From positions 7,942-71,941 of the forward strand of contig CABYFA010000001.1 in assembly GCA_902518155.1 (NCBI GenBank): a DNA stretch of 64,000 nucleotides, in the 5' to 3' direction. The notes beneath the pieces were generated by a model, which saw nothing but the letters and a program-made list of their open reading frames with translations, searched no databases and had not been told where the DNA came from. Shown one piece after another: positions 56,884-64,000 of this stretch. Each line of letters begins with the position of its first letter. Within the stretch, counting starts at the first letter, position 1. The position numbers and the translations under genes are program-made. Origin of the DNA: an uncultured Pelagibacteraceae bacterium. Lineage in GTDB: Bacteria > Pseudomonadota > Alphaproteobacteria > Pelagibacterales > Pelagibacteraceae.

Positions 56884-58481
56884 GCAAAGAAAGATTATAC
56901 ATATTTGATACAACTCTTAGAGATGGAGCTCAAACTCAGGGTGTTGATTTTTCTTTAGAGGATAAAGAAAAAATTGCTTCAGCTTTAGATAGTTTAGGTG
57001 TTGATTATATTGAAGCTGGATGGCCTGGTGCTAATCCAACAGATACAGAATTTTTTCAAAAGAAACATAATTTTAAAAACTCAAAGCTAACATCCTTTGG
57101 GATGACTAAAAGATCTGGAAGAAGTGCAGAAAATGATACTGGTTTATCAGCACTCATGAATTCAAATACCTCTGCTGTTTGTTTGGTAGGAAAGTCCTGG
57201 GATTTTCATGTTGATGTAGCTTTAGGAATAACAAATGAGGAAAATTTAGAAAATATTTCTGAAAGCGCTAAACATTTTGTAAAAGCAAAAAAAGAGTTCA
57301 TGTTTGATGCAGAGCATTTTTTTGATGGTTACAAAGCAAATCCAAAATATGCATTGTCTTGTATAAAGGCTGCATATGATCAAGGGGCAAGATGGATCGT
57401 TTTATGTGATACGAATGGAGGAACATTGCCTCACGAAGTTACACAAATAATTACCGAAGTTTCTAAAGTTGTTCCAGGAAAGAATCTAGGAATCCATGCA
57501 CATAACGATACTGGCAATGCAGTTGCAAATTCATTAGCTGCAGTATTATCTGGAGTGAGACAAATTCAAGGAACAATCAATGGTTTAGGTGAAAGATGTG
57601 GTAATGCAAATTTAATGTCATTAATTCCAACTTTTTTTTTAAAAAAAGATTTTTCATCGCAATTTGAAATCAGTATCAAATCAGAGAATATTAAAAATTT
57701 AACTGAATGTTCAAGATTATTAGATGAAATTTTAAATAGAAAACCTAATCAGCATTTACCTTATGTTGGTGCTGCAGCATTTTCACATAAAGGAGGATTG
57801 CATGTATCCGCTGTACAAAAAGATCCAAAAACTTATGAGCATATCGATCCAGAAGAGGTTGGTAATACAAGAAATATTGTTGTTTCAGATCAATCTGGAA
57901 AATCAAACATTATATCTAGACTAAAAAGTATCAAAATTAATATTGAGGAAAGTGATCCAAAAATCAAAAAACTACTAGACGAAGTCAAGGATCGAGAATT
58001 TATTGGTTATAGTTATGATGGGGCTGACGCTTCTTTTGAATTACTAGCTAGAAGAATTATTGGAGAAATACCAAGATATATTTCAATTAATGAATATGAC
58101 GTGTCTGTAAAAAAAAATAAGTCTGGAGAAATAGTTTCCTCTGCAAAAGCTCAATTAGAAGTTGATGGAGAAAAAATTATGTGTGAGGGAGAGGGGAATG
58201 GACCAGTAAATGCATTAGATAATGCTATTAGACAAAACGTTGATAGACTTGCAAAATATTCAAAATATCTAAAAGATTTAAAACTTGTTGATTACAAAGT
58301 AAGAATTTTAAATACAGGAACAGAGGCTGTTACTAGAGTGTCTATTGAAAGCACAGACTCTAAAGGCAAGAATTGGTTTACTATTGGTGTATCGACAAAC
58401 ATTATCGATGCATCGTTTAAAGCGTTAATTGATAGCTTAGATTATAAATTATTTAAGGATGATGCTCCAGCTAGTAAATAA
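56880..58481 (+). CDS. cimA: Citramalate synthase (LeuA/CimA family)
   Basis: DTTLRDGAQTQG, IEAGWPGANP, FDAEHFFDG, HAHND, AFSHKGGLH, DYKVRI. Confidence 0.9.
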   Translation: MSKERLYIFDTTLRDGAQTQGVDFSLEDKEKIASALDSLGVDYIEAGWPGANPTDTEFFQKKHNFKNSKLTSFGMTKRSGRSAENDTGLSALMNSNTSAVCLVGKSWDFHVDVALGITNEENLENISESAKHFVKAKKEFMFDAEHFFDGYKANPKYALSCIKAAYDQGARWIVLCDTNGGTLPHEVTQIITEVSKVVPGKNLGIHAHNDTGNAVANSLAAVLSGVRQIQGTINGLGERCGNANLMSLIPTFFLKKDFSSQFEISIKSENIKNLTECSRLLDEILNRKPNQHLPYVGAAAFSHKGGLHVSAVQKDPKTYEHIDPEEVGNTRNIVVSDQSGKSNIISRLKSIKINIEESDPKIKKLLDEVKDREFIGYSYDGADASFELLARRIIGEIPRYISINEYDVSVKKNKSGEIVSSAKAQLEVDGEKIMCEGEGNGPVNALDNAIRQNVDRLAKYSKYLKDLKLVDYKVRILNTGTEAVTRVSIESTDSKGKNWFTIGVSTNIIDASFKALIDSLDYKLFKDDAPASK

Positions 58482-59194
58482 TGAGTGAAAAAAACATCAC
58501 TTTTATTTTACATAAACCTCAATTATCAGAAAACATTGGCGCATGTGCTAGGGCTATAAAAAATTTTAATTTTAAAAAATTAGTTTTAATTAATCCAAAA
58601 CCCATCTTCCCTAATGATAAAATCTTAGCAACATCTGTCGGAGCAAAAGACATCATCAATCAAAGTAAAAAATATGATAATTTAGAAAAAGCTTTAGGAA
58701 AGATTGATATTTTAATTGCCACTTCGGCAAGATTTAGAAATAAGAATATAAAACATATTAATTTAGAAGATTTAAAAAAGATTAATTTTAAGAAGAGAGT
58801 TGGCTTTTTATTTGGGTCAGAAGCATCAGGCTTATCAAATGAAGAGGTGAGTTATGCTAATTACACTTTGCAAATACCTACTAATCCTGATTTCAAATCT
58901 TTAAATTTATCTCATAGCTTGATCATAATTGCTCAATATGTAGCCAGTCTTATCAAATTAAAAAATATTCCGTTTAAAAAATCAAAAAAGGTTAAATCAG
59001 CGAGCAAAAAAGAAATTCAATCAATGTTAGGTCTTTGCATTAAAAATTTAGATGAAATAAATTTTTTTAGACCTAAAGAGAAGAGGCCAAAAATGCTAGA
59101 AAACCTAAGAAACATTTTCTATAAAATGGACTTATCTGATAAAGAAACACGTATATTATCTGGTGTATTTGCAAGTTTGGGTAAAAAACGTTGA
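58481..59194 (+). CDS. SPOUT RNA methyltransferase, TrmJ/LasT family
   Basis: ENIGACARAIKNF, LFGSEASGL, SLNLSHS. Confidence 0.88.
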   Translation: MSEKNITFILHKPQLSENIGACARAIKNFNFKKLVLINPKPIFPNDKILATSVGAKDIINQSKKYDNLEKALGKIDILIATSARFRNKNIKHINLEDLKKINFKKRVGFLFGSEASGLSNEEVSYANYTLQIPTNPDFKSLNLSHSLIIIAQYVASLIKLKNIPFKKSKKVKSASKKEIQSMLGLCIKNLDEINFFRPKEKRPKMLENLRNIFYKMDLSDKETRILSGVFASLGKKR

Positions 59195-59234
59195 TTGACA
59201 AAATAATGAGTAAGTTTATAAAGCCCTCTATTAA

Positions 59235-59852
59235 ATGACAAAAAGATTAAACTCTAAACATAAAGTTGACAGAAGATTAAAAGTAAATCTTTGGGGAAGA
59301 CCTAAAAGTCCGTTTAATACAAGAGCATATGGACCTGGCCAACATGGTCAGACCAAAAACTCAAAACCTTCAGATTATGGAATTCAGTTACAAGCAAAAC
59401 AAAAATTAAAAGCTTATTACGGAAATATTAATGAAAGACAATTTAGAAATATTTATAAAAAAGCTAGCATGCTCAAAGGTGATACAAGTGAAAACTTAAT
59501 TGGTTTATTGGAAAGAAGATTAGATGCAGTGATATATAGAGCAAAGTTTGCTACTACAATTTTTTCTGCAAGGCAATTAATCAACCATGGACATGTGAAA
59601 GTTAACGGAAAAAAAGTAAACATATCTAGTTATTCTGTTAAAGAAGAGGACACTATAGAAATTAGAGATAAATCTAAACAGCTTGCAATTGTAGATATTG
59701 CATTAGCCAGCAAAGAAAGAGAAGCTCCAGAATATATTCAGATGGATGAAAAAAATAAAAAATTTAAGTTTGTTAGAATACCTAAATTTGAGGAAGTGCC
59801 ATATCCAGTTGTTATGGAGCCAAATTTAGTAATTGAATATTACTCAAGATAA
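59235..59852 (+). CDS. rpsD: 30S ribosomal protein S4
   Basis: [47 protein letters not shown]. Confidence 0.98.
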   Translation: MTKRLNSKHKVDRRLKVNLWGRPKSPFNTRAYGPGQHGQTKNSKPSDYGIQLQAKQKLKAYYGNINERQFRNIYKKASMLKGDTSENLIGLLERRLDAVIYRAKFATTIFSARQLINHGHVKVNGKKVNISSYSVKEEDTIEIRDKSKQLAIVDIALASKEREAPEYIQMDEKNKKFKFVRIPKFEEVPYPVVMEPNLVIEYYSR

Positions 59853-59855
59853 TAA

Positions 59856-60188
59856 TTATTTTTTATAATTAATACCTTTATCATCACATACTTTCTTTAA
59901 TTCCCCGCTCTCATACATTTCTTTGATGATATCACACCCACCTATAAACTCTTTTTTAATATAAAGTTGAGGGATTGTTGGCCAATCACTAAAGACTTTA
60001 ATTCCATCTCTCAAAGATTGATCTTCTAATACATTTACACCCTTAAAATTTATTTCTAACATTTTAAGTATATTTGAGACAGTCATTGAAAAACCACATT
60101 GTGGTTGATCTGGAGTACCTTTCATAAAAAGGCACACATCATTAGTATCAATATGATTTTGAATTAAACTTTTTGTTTGGTCATCCAT
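59856..60188 (-). CDS. grxD: Monothiol glutaredoxin
   Basis: FMKGTP..PQCGFS, WPTIPQLY, GGCDI. Confidence 0.95.
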   Translation of the reverse strand: MDDQTKSLIQNHIDTNDVCLFMKGTPDQPQCGFSMTVSNILKMLEINFKGVNVLEDQSLRDGIKVFSDWPTIPQLYIKKEFIGGCDIIKEMYESGELKKVCDDKGINYKK

Positions 60189-60418
60189 TATTGTTCCTTT
60201 GTTTTAATTGCTAAAGCGTGTAGTTCATTTCCCATCTTACCTTTTAATGAATTATAAACCATTTTATGTTGTTCAATTTTACTTTTACCTGCAAATTGAG
60301 AAGAGGTTATAGTTGCTGAATAATGATTGCCATCTCCAGCCAGATCTTGAATATCTATTACAGCATCTGGCATTGCTTCTTTGATATATTTTTCGATTTC
60401 TTTTAAATCCATTGCCAT
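60188..60418 (-). CDS. bolA: BolA-family protein (start MAMDLK at 60418; ORF-track start overlaps purL)
   Basis: AGDGNHY, QHKMVY, LHALAIKT; adjacent to grxD. Confidence 0.9.
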   Translation of the reverse strand: MAMDLKEIEKYIKEAMPDAVIDIQDLAGDGNHYSATITSSQFAGKSKIEQHKMVYNSLKGKMGNELHALAIKTKEQ

Positions 60419-60420
60419 TT

Positions 60421-62610
60421 TTAACTCATATACTTTGATAGCCAATTTGTATAATAAGACTTTAATTCGTCAATTGTAAGTTTTGTCTTTTCATTAATAA
60501 TCATATCGTTTTTTGAGATAATACCAAATTCTTCATGATGCACAGAGTTTTTGTCTAAAATTTTTGTTACCTCTTTTAAATCTTCTTTATTTATTTCTAT
60601 TAAATACCTGCCTTGATCTTCTGCAAAAAAATATTCAATTTCGTTAATTAAACTTTTTGGCTTGCTAATCTTAATTCCCTTATTACCTTTAATGCACATT
60701 TTACTTATAGCAACTAATAGACCTCCTAAAGATATGTCGTGAGCACTTTTGACATATCCTTTATCAATTAAATTTAATATTGACTCTCCATTATTTTTTT
60801 CATTAAAAAGATTTACCTCTGGTGGAGGTCCATTTTTTTCATCTAAAATTGTTCTAGCAAATAAACTTTGGTCAATATGTCCTTCAGTTTTACCAATGAT
60901 TAAAACTAAATTATCAACTTCTTTTAAATCCATCGAAATCATTTTTGTATAATCTTTGATGAGACCCACTCCACCAATCGAAGGAGTTGGTTTGATCCCT
61001 ACTTCTTTGGTTTGGTTGTAAAAAGATACATTGCCAGATACCACAGGGAAATTTAAATATTTACTTGCTTCTCCAATCCCCTGAACACATTCAACAAACT
61101 CACCCATGTTCTCCTCTTTTTCAGGACTTCCAAAATTTAAACAATTTGTAATAGCGATTGGTGTTGCCCCAACTGAAATTAAATTCCTCCAACTTTCAGC
61201 GACAACCTGTTTACCTCCTGTTAATGGGTGAGCCCAACAATATACCGCTGAAGAGTCTACTGATGCTGCTACAGCTTTGTTAGTTCCATGTACTCTTACC
61301 ACGCCAGAGTCTCCACCTGGTTTTTGAATAGTGTCACCCATGACTGTATGATCATATTGTTGCCAAATCCATTCTTTACTACAGATATTTTGATTAGATA
61401 AAATCTTCTTAAGTACATCTTTTATTTTAAATTTATTCAGGACTTCATTTTTAATTTTATTTTTTTTGGGTAATTTTGATTTTTTCCATTTTCGATCATA
61501 CATTGGAGAATTTTCAACAAGAATATTAACAGGTATTTTTGCTACTTGCTCTTGATTAAAAAATAATTCGATGTTTTTTGAGTTTGTTGTTTTTCCAATC
61601 ACTGCAAAGTCTAAATTCCATTTATCAAATATTTTTTTTGCAATTTCTTCTTTGCCATTTTCTAAAACAATTAACATTCTTTCTTGGCTTTCAGACAACA
61701 TAATTTCATATGGAGTCATTTTAGTTTCTCTGCAAGGAACTTTGTTTAAATCAATTTCAATACCCAAATTTCCCTTTGATGCCATTTCTATACTTGAGGA
61801 TGTGAGGCCAGCTGCTCCCATGTCTTGAATTGCAATAATTGAGTCACCAGCCATCAATTCTAAACATGCCTCTAATAAAAGTTTTTCTGTAAAAGGATCA
61901 CCAACCTGTACAGTTGGTTTCTTTTCTTCGATTTTTTCATCAAAACTAGCTGAAGCCATACTTGCACCATGAATTCCATCTCTACCAGTCTTAGAACCTA
62001 CATAAATTACAGGTTTATTTAAACCAGCAGCCTTAGAGTAAAAAATTTTATTTTTTTTAACTAGACCAAGTGTCATTGCGTTTACCAAAATATTTCCATT
62101 GTAAGAGCTGTCAAATGAAGTTTGTCCAGCTATAGTTGGTACACCCATACAATTTCCATAGCCACCAATGCCATGCACAACCCCTCGCAAAAGATTTTTT
62201 GTTTTTTTATGTTGTGGTGATCCAAAATGTATCGAATTCAAATTAGCTATCGGTCTTGCCCCCATAGTAAATACATCTCTCATAATACCTCCAACACCAG
62301 TTGCAGCACCTTGATATGGTTCAATAAATGAAGGATGATTATGACTTTCAATTTTAAAAACGATTGCATCATTGTCTTCAATATCAATAATACCTGCATT
62401 TTCTCCTGGACCTTGAATTACTTTTTTTCCTTTAGTTGGAAGCTTTTTTAAATGAAGTCGTGATGATTTATATGAACAATGTTCATTCCACATTGCAGAA
62501 AAAATTCCAAGTTCGGTAATATTTGGAGTTCTTTTAAGTAATTGACAAATTTTTTTATATTCTTCAGATTTTAGACCATGTTCTATAGCAATTTGTTCAT
62601 TAACTATCAT
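60421..62610 (-). CDS. purL: Phosphoribosylformylglycinamidine synthase subunit PurL
   Basis: [47 protein letters not shown]. Confidence 0.97.
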   Translation of the reverse strand: MIVNEQIAIEHGLKSEEYKKICQLLKRTPNITELGIFSAMWNEHCSYKSSRLHLKKLPTKGKKVIQGPGENAGIIDIEDNDAIVFKIESHNHPSFIEPYQGAATGVGGIMRDVFTMGARPIANLNSIHFGSPQHKKTKNLLRGVVHGIGGYGNCMGVPTIAGQTSFDSSYNGNILVNAMTLGLVKKNKIFYSKAAGLNKPVIYVGSKTGRDGIHGASMASASFDEKIEEKKPTVQVGDPFTEKLLLEACLELMAGDSIIAIQDMGAAGLTSSSIEMASKGNLGIEIDLNKVPCRETKMTPYEIMLSESQERMLIVLENGKEEIAKKIFDKWNLDFAVIGKTTNSKNIELFFNQEQVAKIPVNILVENSPMYDRKWKKSKLPKKNKIKNEVLNKFKIKDVLKKILSNQNICSKEWIWQQYDHTVMGDTIQKPGGDSGVVRVHGTNKAVAASVDSSAVYCWAHPLTGGKQVVAESWRNLISVGATPIAITNCLNFGSPEKEENMGEFVECVQGIGEASKYLNFPVVSGNVSFYNQTKEVGIKPTPSIGGVGLIKDYTKMISMDLKEVDNLVLIIGKTEGHIDQSLFARTILDEKNGPPPEVNLFNEKNNGESILNLIDKGYVKSAHDISLGGLLVAISKMCIKGNKGIKISKPKSLINEIEYFFAEDQGRYLIEINKEDLKEVTKILDKNSVHHEEFGIISKNDMIINEKTKLTIDELKSYYTNWLSKYMS

Positions 62611-63293
62611 TATTTAATATTATTAATAAGGTTTTTGAAAAAAATTGAACCATCTTCCCCAGATAAACTTTGATCTATCATTCTTTCAGGATGAGGCATC
62701 ATCCCCAATACATTTTTTTTTTTATTAAAAATGCCTGCAATATTCTTAATTGAACCATTGGGGTTATATTGATCTTGTATCTTGCCCTCACTATTACAAT
62801 AATAAATTGCTATTTGATTATTATCCTCAATTTCTTTCAATTGATCTTTGGTGCAAAAATAATTTCCTTCATTATGAGCAATATGAAATTCTAAAATATC
62901 TTTATTAATATTTTTAAAATATGCATTTTCTTTGTTGTCCAATTTTACGAAGACATTTTTACATATAAACTCCAAATATTTATTTCTTAACAAAACTCCA
63001 GGCACTAAACCTGTTTCAACCAGTATTTGAAATCCATTACAAATTCCCATGATCAATCCTCCAGATTTTGCAAAATCTATAACTGATTGCATTATTCTGG
63101 ACTTTGAAGCCATACTTCCACATCGCAAGTAATCCCCATACGAAAAGCCACCTGGAAGCACAACTAAATCGCTTTTAGGGAGTTCATTATCATCATGCCA
63201 AACCATCTTGTTGTTAAACCCAAATTTCTTGAGCGCAACATCCATATCTCTATCACAATTTGAACCAGGAAAAGTTATTACAGATGACTTCAT
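62610..63293 (-). CDS. purQ: FGAM synthase glutaminase subunit
   Basis: [32 protein letters not shown]. Confidence 0.97.
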   Translation of the reverse strand: MKSSVITFPGSNCDRDMDVALKKFGFNNKMVWHDDNELPKSDLVVLPGGFSYGDYLRCGSMASKSRIMQSVIDFAKSGGLIMGICNGFQILVETGLVPGVLLRNKYLEFICKNVFVKLDNKENAYFKNINKDILEFHIAHNEGNYFCTKDQLKEIEDNNQIAIYYCNSEGKIQDQYNPNGSIKNIAGIFNKKKNVLGMMPHPERMIDQSLSGEDGSIFFKNLINNIK

Positions 63294-63296
63294 TAA

Positions 63297-63539
63297 TTAT
63301 TGTGTTCCAATAATTTTAAAGTTTTCGATTACAAGATTAGCTAAAAGTTTTTTACACATGTCCTCTACAATAGCTTTTGCTTTGCTTGGATCATTTTCAT
63401 TAACATCTATTTCAAAATATTTACCTTGTCTTACTTCATTTATATTTTCAAAACCCATTCCATCCAATGCTTGATGAATGACTTTACCCTGTGGATCTAA
63501 AACATCCTTTTTTAGTGTTATTATTGCGGAAACTTTCAT
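63297..63539 (-). CDS. purS: FGAM synthase PurS subunit
   Basis: VLDPQGK, VRQGKYF, LLANLVIE. Confidence 0.95.
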   Translation of the reverse strand: MKVSAIITLKKDVLDPQGKVIHQALDGMGFENINEVRQGKYFEIDVNENDPSKAKAIVEDMCKKLLANLVIENFKIIGTQ

Positions 63540-64000
63540 TTACTCTTTTTTTTTATTGAAGAGAGTTTTGTTACGTTAACAGCGGATACATTTGATTGTT
63601 CATGAAGAATACCAAGTCGTTTTGCAACCTCTGTATAAGCTGGTATCAAATCTCCCAAATCTTTTCTAAATCTGTCCTTATCAAGTTTTTTGTCAGTAAT
63701 TGAGTCCCATAATCTACAGGTATCAGGGCTGATCTCATCTGCTAAAATAATTTCATTTTTTCCACTATCATGTGTGAAGCCAAATTCTACTTTAAAATCG
63801 ACTAGTTTAATTCCAACGCCTCGAAATAAACCCAATAAAAAGTCATTCAGACGTTTTAAGTTTTCATCAATTAAAGCAAGCTGAATAGCGTTAAGCCAAT
63901 TAAATGCCAGAATGTGTTCTCTACTTATGTTTGGATCACCTAATTTATCATCTTTGAGACAATACTCTATTAATGGATAGTCAAGTACAGTTCCATCCTC
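63536..64000 (-). CDS. purC: SAICAR synthase (start lies beyond the right edge)
   Basis: Open frame from the window edge: EDGTVLDYPLIEYCLKDDKLGDP...DFKVEFG...LADEISPDTCRLWD...LDKDRFR. Confidence 0.93.
   Translation of the reverse strand, partial: EDGTVLDYPLIEYCLKDDKLGDPNISREHILAFNWLNAIQLALIDENLKRLNDFLLGLFRGVGIKLVDFKVEFGFTHDSGKNEIILADEISPDTCRLWDSITDKKLDKDRFRKDLGDLIPAYTEVAKRLGILHEQSNVSAVNVTKLSSIKKKSK

Noticed and set aside
97-63884. Numerous 60-140 aa ORFs antisense to or nested in well-supported genes (e.g. 97-330, 931-1176, 24237-24635, 37845-38264, 61571-61828)
   Set aside because: Fully overlap recognisable conserved CDSs, lack SD and family motifs; typical shadow ORFs

Overview
A very AT-rich, densely packed alphaproteobacterial chromosome segment. 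Gene content, protein style and minimal intergenic spacers point to Candidatus Pelagibacter (SAR11); this is an inference from sequence style, not a database match. It holds about 60 CDSs and one tRNA-Met(CAT). Main modules are: taurine-type ABC uptake with an omega-amino acid:pyruvate transaminase, ald and a GcvT-family dehydrogenase; surface-glycan genes; apt/mtnP/mtnA/class II aldolase with a SpeD-SpeE fusion; a polar amino-acid ABC transporter; TctCBA and TRAP transporters; class Ia RNR behind tandem NrdR boxes; methylcitrate cycle prpDBC; and housekeeping genes (truncated glmU, glmS, DAHP synthase, nadE, cysS, cimA, rpsD, grxD/bolA, purLQSC). I saw no CRISPR, rRNA, integrase or transposase. 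The most notable unannotated signal is a SAM-II-type riboswitch (25737-25794). It has its own promoter and sequesters the Shine-Dalgarno of a 55-aa basic ORF absent from the ORF track. Other signals are a probable two-hairpin small RNA (about 40063-40150, minus strand) next to a GNAT/MCD-like orphan gene, a GlmU lacking its uridyltransferase domain, and candidate operators.
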